From assembly GCA_030704615.1 (NCBI GenBank), contig JAKLZA010000360.1, positions 355 to 64,354 on the forward strand: 64,000 nt of DNA. The letters are read 5' to 3'. The notes under the pieces were generated by a model that saw nothing but the letters and a program-made list of their open reading frames with translations, was not told the origin of the DNA and did no database searches. Shown piece by piece: positions 23,581 through 34,799 of this stretch. The stretch's first letter is position 1. Every line of letters begins with the position of its first letter. This DNA is from Takakia lepidozioides. Lineage: Eukaryota; Plantae; Bryophyta. Both the position numbers and the translations under genes were made by a program.

Positions 23581-24372
23581 AGGCCTGATTTATTGTAGCC
23601 CAAGTGGTTGTACATTACAATTCAGGCACCAAATATCCGATGTGAACTTGCTGTTGTCGTCCGTTTTTGTAACGTACGTTACATACCTTCATCTTTACGT
23701 GCACTGATCACCCATCCTGTTGGATACGGAATCCTCCAGAAAATCATTTGTGTTATTAGGTAGGACACACTCTTCTCACTGCAGGACTTCGCTGCGGAGC
23801 GTACCGAGAGGTCCTGTCTTCAACATGGACTCCCGTGTTTGGGTAAACGTGTACTTCCATCCTGATTCTCTGAAAGCTAAAATACGTTCCACGAAATCCA
23901 ATTCCCAGTCGTCATCCTCCTCCCACGAGAAGTTCTTCGCCCCGCATACCGGTGGGTGACCCCGCAGCTTGGCCCACCCATCGGTGGGGGAAACTGAAAA
24001 GACGGCGGCCACCAACAAAGGCGAACGACACCAGGATGTCCAACGCTCTTGCAATGCCCTGCATAGTGCAAGGTTGCAGGGATGTTCCTCACCCCGGGAT
24101 GGGGCGCATAAGATTGCTAGTTCTGTGTCCCAGTGGGAAGGGTCCTACTGCACATTCCAGCATTTGCATACTGCACTTTGTGCAAACAGCAATCCATACG
24201 ACAAAGGACACGTCCCAGTATACTGGCAGTGAATTGCAAAAAACCTTAACAGAAGATTATCCAAGCATGTATATTCCCCATATGGCACAGGGAAGCTGCT
24301 TGATTTCTGAATGAAAATGTATGTGCCATGAGTGTCGGCGAGTCGAAACATGTCTACTCTAGCATGCAAGAC

Positions 24373-24888
24373 CTATGGTCCCCTCGCCCAAGAAGAAGGA
24401 ACTCTAACTGGCCTCTCAAGGACCTCCTGAGTGACCGGGTGCCTATATTTGAACAAAATGTCAGTGGTTTCTGTCGCCCGGTTGAAACTAACGAGGATGT
24501 CGTGTTTATCGATAGCGCCCCCTTGGTAGAAGGACATTTTCACAGTGGGCCCTGTGTTCCCCTCCTCCTCATCCTCATAACAATTCCAGCGATACAGCAA
24601 CGCTGTGCGTGATCTGTTCGGCTCCCACTCATGCGGAAAGTCCAGGTCCATGATGCGTAGGAACCACCTGCTCCCCAGCCGGGGTCCAGGAGAATCGTGC
24701 AATCCTGGAAGAAACTCCATTGCTCTCAGCTGGACAAGTCGAGGATCGTCCCTATAAACATCCAGGAAAACAATGATGTCGTCTGCTTTCGGGAAAATGA
24801 CTCCCGTCTGGCGTCGATAGATGTGATTCGGGCACGACATGGCCTCACGACATAGCACGAACTCAAAGCAGGGAGGAGATGGGCACAA
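24373..24888 (-). pseudogene. ORF-X homologue with an 84-bp in-frame deletion
   Basis: Lacks CEWTYDECIGENFTRGRTGSESGDILFS relative to copy 2. Confidence 0.7.
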
Positions 24889-25698
24889 CAGAGAAGAGTG
24901 AAGAGCAAAATGAGAGCAAGGCCTCCCTTACCGTAAGGCGGGTATTTGCTCTCCGGAGCCCAATTTTGGCGCTGTTATTGGATGGAGTGCGGAAGCTTCA
25001 GCCGAGAATTTTGTTTCCGCAGGTCAATTTCGGCGCCGTTATTGGTTGCAATCCCTAGCCTTCAGCCGGGTATTTGGTTTCCGGACCCAATTTCGGCGCC
25101 GTTATCGGCTGCACTCCGGTGGCTTCAACCGAGTATTTGATTTTCGGGGCCCATTTTGGCGCCGTTATCGCCTGCACTCCGGAGGATGCAGCCGGGTATT
25201 TGGTTGGCGGAGCCCAATTACTTTCACCTTTGTTGGCTTCACTCCCGAGCCTTCAGCCGGCTATTTCTTTTCCTGTGCCCAATTACGGCGCCGTTATACC
25301 CAACCATCATGCACTTCTGCAACAGTACTATCCACGGTTATAGGTCGCCATTGCGTTTTCGGAGTCTGCAAACCCGGATCCTAATTCCGCTTGCGTCTCT
25401 GCCTCTGGGATAATTTCGGTGCCGTTATTGCCCAGAATTCAGTTTTTCTATGACCTGGCCTAGCGGTCCATGAGCCTGGGCTCCAAGTCATGAGCGTACA
25501 CTGGTACTCATGAGCGGAGTGCTTCCAGCATGAGCGCGGAAATCTTCGATTTTTGATTATTTTATAGTTTTGGGCCCGAAAAAAATCTGCCGAAATTCGA
25601 AGTGTGTTACTTTGCGGCTCATGGGTGAGCCATGCCCGCTCATGAGCTCATGAGCTCACCGCTCATGAGCTCATGGAATAGCAACCCCCAAGAGAACC

Positions 25699-28600
25699 TA
25701 GGCAAGTAAGGGTGCATCAGGTGCAGCCCCAGCCAAGAAGAAACAATGATCATGACCACTATGGTAGGTCTGGTGGTTATAACAATGGCATGGAAGGGAG
25801 AGGTAATTCAAGAGGGAATTACCAAGGAAATTCCAGAGGCAACTATCAGGGTAATCCAAAGGGGAATTACCAGCCCGGGAATCAGGATTATAGAAATAAT
25901 CCAAGAACAGACCAAGGGCGAGGACCCAATGGTGAAGAGCTATGTTACTATTGTAATCAGCCAGGACATCGCAAGGCAGCCTGTTCATTCTGGATAAGAC
26001 ACCAGAATGAGATGAGAGCTCCTGTGAATGAGGGCCCAGTGGTGGCAGCTCACATGGTTAGGCCATGTGTTGTACCAGAAGTAAGTACAATGATAGTAAC
26101 AAGAAGTAAAGCCAAACTAATACCTCCAGTAGAAGAGGAAGAAGATGAGACTGGAAGTGGCAATGATATGCCTGAAGATGAAGAGACTTGGAAAGATGAG
26201 AAGGAACTGCACAAGGAAGTGGCAGATACTATAAGGAAAATGCAAAAGAGTACTGATATTCCTGTGGCAGATTCCTCTGATTCGGATGGAGAAAAAGAAG
26301 GGAGTGAGGAAGAAAGGAAAAAAGAAGATGCAGACATGCAAAGTAATGAAGAGACTTTGGCTGCAGTAATATGTCAGACCAAAGCAGAAATTACCATTGG
26401 ACAGCTATTAGCTGTGGCACCTTATTGTAGGCACAGGCTGTATCAAGCAATCAATCGAATTGCCCAAGAGACAGGAAACACAGACCTGAACAGCAAGGTG
26501 ACCAGTTATAATGTGAAGCCGGAAGGGCGAGAACCAGTCATGGACTTTGATGATTCTATGTCAGTAATCCAATTGAGAATTGGAAGCACAGAACTAACTG
26601 ATGTACTGATAGATGGTGGTTCTGGAGTAAATATCATGACAGACCAATTAAGGAAGAAGCTTGGTCTAAGTAACATGAAACCAGCCCCATTTACAGTAAC
26701 AATGGCAGATCAAAGAAGTGTACAGCCATTGGGATTAATAAGAGGAGTTAAGATACAGATACAGAAAATGATCTTTATGATCACAGTAACTGTATTAAAA
26801 ATGGATGAAGTCATGGAGGCTTACTCCTTATTATTGGGACGTCCGTGGCTGAAACAGGCCAGGGTATTCCATGACTGGAATTCTCAGTTACTAACCGTGC
26901 ATAATGGGATACACGAGATACAAATTACCACAAAGAAATCTAGTAGATTACCTGCTACAAGAAGACCTCGAGGAGTCAGAGAGTATGACTGGAGAGGAGG
27001 ACTGGATGAGGAGCAGGAAGCTACCCTATTTGCTGCACACCCAGAGTGGGAGCAGGTTGCAGAGATGCGGCTGGAAAGCCTAAGTTGTTTGAGAGGTATC
27101 TGCTGTGGTGTAGTGACAGCAACACCAACTGAAGAAGAAACCAGCATTTACCCATCACATTTCTATGAAGAAAGAGAAGGAGAAATAGAAATCCTAGAAG
27201 AACCAGCCACTGTGAGCTTACAGGATGAAGTGGTGACTGGTTGGACAATCACAGCTGATGAGCAGGTGAGAGAAGTAAATGTGGGAACTAAAGAGGAACC
27301 GAGGATGGTGAAAGTAGGAGCTGATTTGGAGCCGGAATTCTTCGAAGAAGCTAAAAGCTTGTTCATCAAATACAGAGATGTATTTGCTTGGAGCTATGAG
27401 GATCTAAAAGGGATACCACCTGAAGTCTGTCAGCATAAGATTGAACTGGAACCAGGGTCAGTACCAATCAAGCAGGCGAGGTATAGAATGAATCCCAACT
27501 ACGCACAGAAGGTTGGAGAAGAGATAAAGAAGTTGGCTGAGGCTAAGTTTATATACCCAATAGAGTATACAACTTGGTTGTCACCCATTGTAATAGTTCC
27601 CAAGAAGAATGGCAAACTAAGAGTATGTGTGAACTATAAGAAGCTGAATGCTTGTACGAAGAAAGATCCTTTCCCTTTGCCATTCACAGAAGCAGTATTA
27701 GACACTGTGGCAGGCCATGAGATGTACTCATTCATGGATGGCTTCAGTGGTTATAATCAAGTGCAAGTGGCAGAAGAAGACCAAGGGAAAACAGCTTTCA
27801 TCACAGACTGGGGGGCTTATGCATACAAAGTCATGCCCTTTGGACTTTGTAATGCACCAGCGACCTTTCAGAGAGTGATAAGTGAATCTTTTCATGAGTA
27901 TCTGGATGATTTCATGCAGGTGTTCTTGGATGATTTCAGTGTGTACAGCTCTAAGAATGAGCACTTGCATAAATTGGAGTTATGCTTGGCCAGATGCAGG
28001 ATGAGAGGTCTGGGCCTGAATCCAGAGAAGTGTACTTTCTGTGTGAACTCAGGGGTGCTTCTGGGACACATTGTGTGTAAGAAGGGACTCCTTGTGGATC
28101 CCAGAAAGACAGAGTCCATTAAAGCCTCTCCACCACCAGTGAATGTTAAAAGTCTACGAAGATTCCTTGGGCAAACCAGTTATTACAGGAGATTTGTCAA
28201 AAGGTATGCACAAATAGCAGCACCATTGAGCAAACTACTGAAGAAAGATGCAGTGTTTGCCTGGACAGCGGAATGTCAACAGGCATTTGAGGAACTTACA
28301 CTGTCAGTAACAACTACACCTGTACTGATTAACCCTCACTGGCATGTAGTATTCCATGTTCATTGCGATGCATCAGGAGAAGCGTTGGGAGCGGTGTTAG
28401 CCCAGAATGTTACAGGGAATATAGATTCACCTGTGTACTATGCTAGCCGGTTGATGAACAGTGCTGAGAGGAACTATAGTACAACGGAAAGAGAAGCATT
28501 GGCAATGATCTATGCAGTGAAGAAATTCAGGCATTACCTGTTGGGCAAGAAGTTTATGTTCTATGTGGATCACCAGGCTCTGATATACCTGGTAAACAAA

Positions 28601-31290
28601 CCTCTGATAAGCGGAAGAATAGCAAGATGGTTAATAATCTTGCATGAGTTTGAGTTCGAGGTTATTTACAAGCCTGGCCGTTTGTATCTTGTGGCAGATC
28701 ATTTGTCACGACTAACAACAGGAGAGGCCGCCACAGGAGTGGACGATCAGTTACCTGATGCGAGTTTATTTGTAATGGAGGTGCAAGGAAGTGCAGATGA
28801 ATGGTTAGATTGGCAGTGGCCAATCAGATACTACCTTGCTCATGGTCAGTGCCCACCTAGTTATGGTAAGGAGCAGAGGAAGAGAATCGCTATCAAAGCT
28901 TTACCTTATACTATGGTAGGAAGCAGAATGTATAAGTTAGGACCTGATGGAGTACTAAAACGATGCTTGTACCACCATGAAGTAAATAAAGTTTTGGCGG
29001 AAGTTCATAAAGGAGTGGCTGGAGGTCATTTTGGAGAAGAGACTACCAGTAGAAAGATACTACTCGCAGGATACTGGTGGCCTACTTTGTTCAAAGATGT
29101 ACACGAGTATTGTCAGAAGTGTGATGAATGTCAGAGGCTAGGACCTTTGCCAAGAACTGGAAGGATGGCCTTGCATCCTACAATGCCTACGGAACCATTT
29201 CAGAAATGGGGACTAGACTTTGTTGGACCAATTAACCCACCATCCAAGAATACACGAAACAGGTACATAATTACAGCCACTGATTATACTACAAAGTGGG
29301 TGGAAGCTAAAGCTTTGAGGGACAACACAGCCAAGTCCACAGCAAGGTTCCTGTACGAGAACATACTTACACGATTTGGCTGTCCCTTAGAATTTATCAG
29401 TGATCAAGGAAGTCACTTCATGAATGAGACCATTGAGTTGTTGACTAAAGAGTTTATGATTGTGCATAGAAAGAGTACAACATATTACCCGTAGGGTAAT
29501 GGGCAGGCAGAGGCTACCAACAAAATACTATGTACTATCTTGGCTAAGATAGTCAATGCAAACAGAACGGATTGGGATACAAAGCTGCTGACAGCTTTGT
29601 GGTCATACATGACTTCATATAAAGTCACCACTAAGTATACACCATTCCAATTAGTTTATGGTATGGAAGCCTTACTTCCATTGGAATTCCTGTTACCTAC
29701 CATGAGAACGGAGTGGGGAAAAAGAATGGAATTGCAAGACTCCATCAAGGTCAGGAAACATGAATTATACCATGTGGAAGAAGTACGTGCTGATGCAGCT
29801 GATAATATGACCAGAATTCAGATGAAGCGAAAGGAACAGTTTGATGAAGGCAAGTTAAAGACTTTTAAGACGGGGGATTTGGTTCTATGGTTGCAGAAGA
29901 AAGGAAAGATTCAAGCTTCTAAGCTTAAATCACCGTGGAAAGGACCTTATGTCATACAAAAGATGTATGATAACAACACCGCCATGTTACAAACCATTAA
30001 CAAAGAAATGCTGGGAAGAGTCAATGCAAATAAGTTGAAGGGGTACAGTGGTATCCATGACAAACCCCTGCAGCATGATTTGCATGTTGAACCGCAAGAG
30101 CAGTCACGGGCTGCACCAGTGTTACGAACGGAGTATGGAACACTTGTCGCTAGGCCCAGCATATATGACCAGGGTGGGCAAAACAAACGTGATACATCCT
30201 ATCACAGCCCATCAAGGCAAAGCACAGCCTATCACAGCCCATCACGACGTGACACAGCCTATCACAGCCCATCACGACGTGACACAGCCTATCACAGCCC
30301 AGCACGGCGCAACACAGCCTATCACAGCCCATCACGACGTGACACAGCCTATCATAGCCCAACAAGGCGCAACACAGCCTATAACAGCCCAGCACGGCGC
30401 AACACAACCTATCACAACCTACCACAACGTGTCACAGCCTATCACAGCTTACCACAGTGCATCACAGCCTATCACAACGTAACACAATATGACACAGCCT
30501 GTCACAGCTCAACACAGCCTACTAAAGTTACACGATCCATAGAATCAGTGACAAGTGGACACATAATAACTTCAGGAAAATGGCTGAAGGAAGAAGAAAC
30601 GGAAATTACTTTAAAAATAGACACGTGGAGGTCAGGGCGCGACACACAGCCGAGAATGAAGTGCAAGGACAGGTGTCAAAAAGAAAGAGGACAAGAACGG
30701 CCGTCAAAAGGGATGAAAGGCGGGCCCATTAATGAGTACGGAAAAAGGGAAACGGAACGAACGGCAAGTACAGAAAAGCCGAATTCTTGTCACATGTGTG
30801 ATCCTAGTGGACTATCCAACAGGGAAAGTCCACTAAAGAAGATAAAATCTAAAATCCAGTCACAGCGGATACAGCCAATAGAAAACCAGAGAAAGGATCA
30901 AGAAAATGGAGGGAAATTGAGCGCAAGAGGCGGCGTCGTTCTGAGTAACGGGCGTCTCGACAGGACAGACCATCAATGCTATACCTTGGAAACTATGGAG
31001 GAACTAACAGACTATACGCTCGCAATATTACTTACGCAGTGGCATAGACACGAAAGGATAGAGCGGAGCTTTTCTCTGAGCGATGCTTGCAAGCCCCGCA
31101 GGCTTACAAGAAATTACCCATAGCTTTCTGCGACAACCATACGTTTATGCTTTGTGCACTACAGGCATTCCTGCAGTTGTTACAGCCAAAACAGTTCTGT
31201 GAGTCTAAAATGAAGAGAGTGAGAGGAATGGAGGAAATCAGGGTGAAGAGCACCACGATTCTGCAGAAACAAACAATTGCTACCCCATAG
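25699..31290 (+). pseudogene. pol: gag C-terminus plus pol (PR, RT, RH, INT, long tail); CAG>TAG stop at 29492 and 1-bp loss near 31077
   Basis: CYYCNQPGHRKAAC knuckle; LIDGGSGVNIM protease; MPFGLCNAP and FLDD RT; DAS RNase H; HHCC and DDE integrase; WKGPY motif. Confidence 0.95.
30191..30520 (+). repeat. 30-bp tandem repeat in the integrase tail
   Basis: acacagcctatcacagcccatcacgacgtg units. Confidence 0.92.
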
Positions 31291-31317
31291 GCGATACAGA
31301 TACTGGAGGAGCTGAGA

Positions 31318-34300
31318 TTGCAAGGATTGCAAAGCCTAGATTGGACACTACACCATAGACAGTACATGTTACAATTTTTGCAGAACTTTGAGCCAAGGAC
31401 AGGAACAACAACGGTGAAGGGAGTTGAATTAATGATTACTCCCCTATACCTCCAGCAATTGTTTCGATTGCCAGCAGGTCAGGTGCATGTGGAGCAACAC
31501 AGGGCAAGACTGCAAATAAAGGACTTATTCCAAGAAGGGAGTTTCTTTAAAACTCAGGGTTATGCTTGTACCAAGGCTGTGTACCCAGGGTTAAAAGAGG
31601 TAGGCCAGGTATTGAACGTTCTGATTGCCATGAAACAGAACCAACAGTATTTGAGCAGATCCTTCACGGAGGAAATACTCAAAGGCCTGAAGGGACGAGA
31701 GGTACAATGGGCGGACATAATGTACAACGCACTGGTAGAGGAGATGAAAAGATTACAAGGTACTACCGCAAAGTCTCCTATAATAGTGTCTGGCCCAATC
31801 ATTGCTCAAATAATCCTTGATTCTGGCATACTTAATGCGCAAGAAAGAAAGGAAATGGGAGTGTTTGAGCCAGAAACAACTGCAATGGAAGAGCAAGGCT
31901 CTTCACATAGTGAGGGTGGACTAGCAGGGCAACCCGAGACTAAGAGGCAGAGACGGGGAAAGACTGTAGTGGCGGATCCACTGGCTTCACGGATTCCGCA
32001 TGATAATGTTTCCCAAGCTCATGGCCAGGAAGGGGCACAGCAGCACAGAGAAATGCTATTACTGGAAGCAGGACCTTCAGAGAGGGAGGAGGAAGTTACT
32101 TCTGCATCACAACCATCACAGCCACTTGAACGACTTGTCACAAGGTCACAAGTTATCCATGCAGCTCAACCAGAAATAATTGATTTGGAAAGTGAAGGGT
32201 TAGATATTCCAACTACAGAACAGATAGTGGCAGAAATAGAGAAGGGGGACCTTCTCTATGAATATTCTGGTCTGGTCAAGGAGACAGAAATCCCAGAGGT
32301 GCAACAGTTGCCCAAGGGAAATCCTGAGGTGCATATAATACACACACCTGTGTCGGAGGTACCACAGGCGGAAGGTCATGACACTGTAGCACCGGTGATA
32401 GATGAAGTAGTTCAGGAAGAAAATCCGGTGGGACAATGGCCTGAATGGTTAGTTAGACATCACACTGTTGAAGATCAGGAGGAACAGCAGCAACCTCACC
32501 ATGATGACCCTCAACAGGCAATGCTGATGAGCTCCATAGGCAGGACACTTAATTTGTTGGGGACTTATGTCAAATCCCATGTTCCAATTACCCAATTGAC
32601 AGCCTTGAAAGAGGAACTCAGGAAGGAGTTTGAGGCTCGACTTGCCACTGAATGTGCAAACAAGGTAGATGAAGAGGTCACTCTCAAGATGAAGCAGGAC
32701 TTGGGAAATACAGAAATGGCTTTGCAATTGGCCAAGCAACAATTGATTGAGGCAGGCCTCGCGCAAGACCAGTTGCAAGAAGCACATAAGCAACAGCTAT
32801 ACCAAATGCAGGTGCAGCATGAAAGCAAGTTGCAAGAACTGAATGCACTACATACGGAGTTGCAGACAGTGCATAACAGGATGGCGATACAATGTGCTAC
32901 ATTTACAACTATGCTTGACCAATCAACAAAAGAAATAAACAGTCAAGCGGAAAAATGTACGAAGGCAGAAGAAGAGAATGTTGAGCAAATGAAGCTCATT
33001 GTCGATATGAAAAAAACAATCTGTCGCAATGAAGATACTTTCAAGCAATACAGGCAGATTGAAGCTGATCAAGAAAAGCACATCGTGGAGTTGCAACAAA
33101 CCATCATGGCCAATAGAAATGAAATCGCGGTCAATAACAAGGCTTGGAAGGAAGCCAATAATCTACTTGCTGCTTATGCGCAATTGGTTGAACCTCAGGC
33201 GAAGCGCATGGAGGCTTTACAACAGCAGTTGAAATTGTACAAGCTAAGAGAGGAGCAAACTCTCAGGGGAACCACAAGCAACTTGGTGGATAACAGCCTT
33301 ATGCAGGTCTGGTTAGCACAAGGACCAGTAGAGGGCAAAGCACCACGGAAGCTCACCCAAAGCGAGATGAATGAGCTCAGGCTGCAGGTGCAGAACATTG
33401 CCACAACTACTATAGACAATGTCTATAGTAGGATAGTAGAGTTACAAGAGGATGTAGACGGACTCCAGACTCAAGTGGAAGAACTCACTTCAAACATCGA
33501 CCAAAGAGTCTATATCCCTCAGGAACAGCTAATGGCTTCTTATTTACAAGCCAGAACTTTGGCTTTTCAGTCTTCACAGGAGGGGCAGGAGATGCCAATG
33601 ATACAAGAGCCAGTACCACCACCACCACAACAAGTCACTGTACCAATAGCTGAACCTGTGGTTACTACAACCACACCACAGCCACCACAGCCGGAGGTAT
33701 GGGGCAATGCCGCTTTTAACCCACCTAAAACTCCAGCTGCAAGGGAGTACAGTAGGGCTATGATTATGCCCTTCAACCAAATTCCCATCATGTTGGATTT
33801 GGCTTGGAAAGAATTTAGTCCTCCGCAGTCATTCGCACATTACTACCAAATCATGCGTATATGGCTGCCAGTGGCAACTAGGACCAAAGTTCTTCCGAAC
33901 AATCGACATATTGAAGATCATCACTTTGCACAATACTGGCACGAGGCAGGTACCATGTTGAGGGAATTGATTGCTTTCCAGGTTGTACATGGACTCATTT
34001 ATACCAAGACCAAGGAGATAGCAAGTATTGTCATGGGGTGCGGGTTATACTACGCTGCTTGTTTTCTGGTACGATACCACATTGAGCAACAAAAGATGCA
34101 AACACGCTTTCAAAGTTATTCCAGTGGAGATCATTGGGTATTACCTTCGGTGCCACCTCATATGTACCTATATGACCCAAAAGTTATGATGCAAAAGGAT
34201 TCTCAAATTCGTTCATGGTTTCAAGCGGCCTGCAACCATTTGTCAACACAGAAATTCGGCATTGATGACATTTTCTATAAGGGACATGTGGCATGGAAAT

Positions 34301-34761
34301 ACTTGCACGCTGCACCAGTAATTGGTACCCCACTCACCTGGACAGACAAGGAGCTCAGTGTCTACACCAATTTTGTTGTTCAGCGGTTACACCAAGTTGT
34401 AAAATACAAACTTCCAGACATGGTAGGACAGCATTGTATGCCCCAGATGATTCCACAAAAAGTTCGAAAATTAAAACACCTGAGAGGCGATGAGGATTCT
34501 GATACAACTGTTTCTTCACCGAATTCTTTTGACATGGGAGAAGACTATGCAATTCAGATGGAAGAGAAGAAGCGAAGGGGATCTCCTATGCCGGAAAGAT
34601 TACCTCGATATCAGCCTCCAGAGGGCCTCACTTATCCAGGTAGTGATCAACCATCTCCGTCAACCAGAGACAGACCTCGGGCTCGTACACACAGTTCGCC
34701 AAGAAACTCTCAACGTCAAGAAGGTGCTCACTCACAAAGGTTTGCTAGTCGAAATCAGTAA
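31318..34761 (+). CDS. Large 3' extra ORF (1,147+ aa): Athila-type 'env-position' plant transposon domain plus a coiled coil
   Basis: LQFLQNF...VKGVELMITPLYLQQLFRLP...VQWADIMYNAL resembles Athila-type 3' ORF domains; there is a long Q/E/L heptad region and no clear transmembrane segment. Confidence 0.8.
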   Translation: MQGLQSLDWTLHHRQYMLQFLQNFEPRTGTTTVKGVELMITPLYLQQLFRLPAGQVHVEQHRARLQIKDLFQEGSFFKTQGYACTKAVYPGLKEVGQVLNVLIAMKQNQQYLSRSFTEEILKGLKGREVQWADIMYNALVEEMKRLQGTTAKSPIIVSGPIIAQIILDSGILNAQERKEMGVFEPETTAMEEQGSSHSEGGLAGQPETKRQRRGKTVVADPLASRIPHDNVSQAHGQEGAQQHREMLLLEAGPSEREEEVTSASQPSQPLERLVTRSQVIHAAQPEIIDLESEGLDIPTTEQIVAEIEKGDLLYEYSGLVKETEIPEVQQLPKGNPEVHIIHTPVSEVPQAEGHDTVAPVIDEVVQEENPVGQWPEWLVRHHTVEDQEEQQQPHHDDPQQAMLMSSIGRTLNLLGTYVKSHVPITQLTALKEELRKEFEARLATECANKVDEEVTLKMKQDLGNTEMALQLAKQQLIEAGLAQDQLQEAHKQQLYQMQVQHESKLQELNALHTELQTVHNRMAIQCATFTTMLDQSTKEINSQAEKCTKAEEENVEQMKLIVDMKKTICRNEDTFKQYRQIEADQEKHIVELQQTIMANRNEIAVNNKAWKEANNLLAAYAQLVEPQAKRMEALQQQLKLYKLREEQTLRGTTSNLVDNSLMQVWLAQGPVEGKAPRKLTQSEMNELRLQVQNIATTTIDNVYSRIVELQEDVDGLQTQVEELTSNIDQRVYIPQEQLMASYLQARTLAFQSSQEGQEMPMIQEPVPPPPQQVTVPIAEPVVTTTTPQPPQPEVWGNAAFNPPKTPAAREYSRAMIMPFNQIPIMLDLAWKEFSPPQSFAHYYQIMRIWLPVATRTKVLPNNRHIEDHHFAQYWHEAGTMLRELIAFQVVHGLIYTKTKEIASIVMGCGLYYAACFLVRYHIEQQKMQTRFQSYSSGDHWVLPSVPPHMYLYDPKVMMQKDSQIRSWFQAACNHLSTQKFGIDDIFYKGHVAWKYLHAAPVIGTPLTWTDKELSVYTNFVVQRLHQVVKYKLPDMVGQHCMPQMIPQKVRKLKHLRGDEDSDTTVSSPNSFDMGEDYAIQMEEKKRRGSPMPERLPRYQPPEGLTYPGSDQPSPSTRDRPRARTHSSPRNSQRQEGAHSQRFASRNQ

Positions 34762-34762
34762 A

Positions 34763-34797
34763 CCGTGAGGACACGGCTTTTTGAGGGGGGAAGGGGT
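34763..34797 (+). promoter_or_regulatory. CCGTG-AGGA-CACGG hairpin followed by the polypurine tract GAGGGGGGAAGGGG
   Basis: Immediately precedes the LTR start TGTTAG at 34800. Confidence 0.85.
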
Positions 34798-34799
34798 AA

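Larger units (their letters stand above)
18840..25689. mobile_element. MULE-like element B, copy 1 (6,850 bp, non-autonomous, internally deleted)
   Basis: 9-bp TSD AAGAGAACC at 18831-18839 and 25690-25698. TIRs are GAGGTTTACTATTTCATGAGC and, reverse-complemented, GGGGGTTGCTATTCCATGAGC. CATGAGC subterminal repeats are present. Confidence 0.88.

Noticed and set aside
21853-23588. ORFs with MNFGAEIH / FRRRNS / ISAPKF repeats (also in B2 and B3)
   Set aside because: These are translation artefacts of the B palindrome.
18830-25698. 10-bp TSD (CAAGAGAACC), or a CACTA, hAT or Helitron classification
   Set aside because: The TIRs align end to end without gaps only with a 9-bp TSD. There are no CACTA termini, no 8-bp TSD and no TC...CTRR ends. 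A 10-bp TSD is not strictly excluded but would still fit MULE.
26050-28119. Antisense ORFs opposite pol (and their copies)
   Set aside because: They are short shadow frames of a purine-rich coding strand, and their recurrence only reflects the duplicated unit.
30048-30482. QPITAHHDVT and GCDRLC repeat ORFs
   Set aside because: These are alternative frames of the 30-bp tandem repeat.
31318-34761. True retroviral envelope glycoprotein
   Set aside because: No signal peptide or clear transmembrane anchor was seen; it is 'env-like' only by position.
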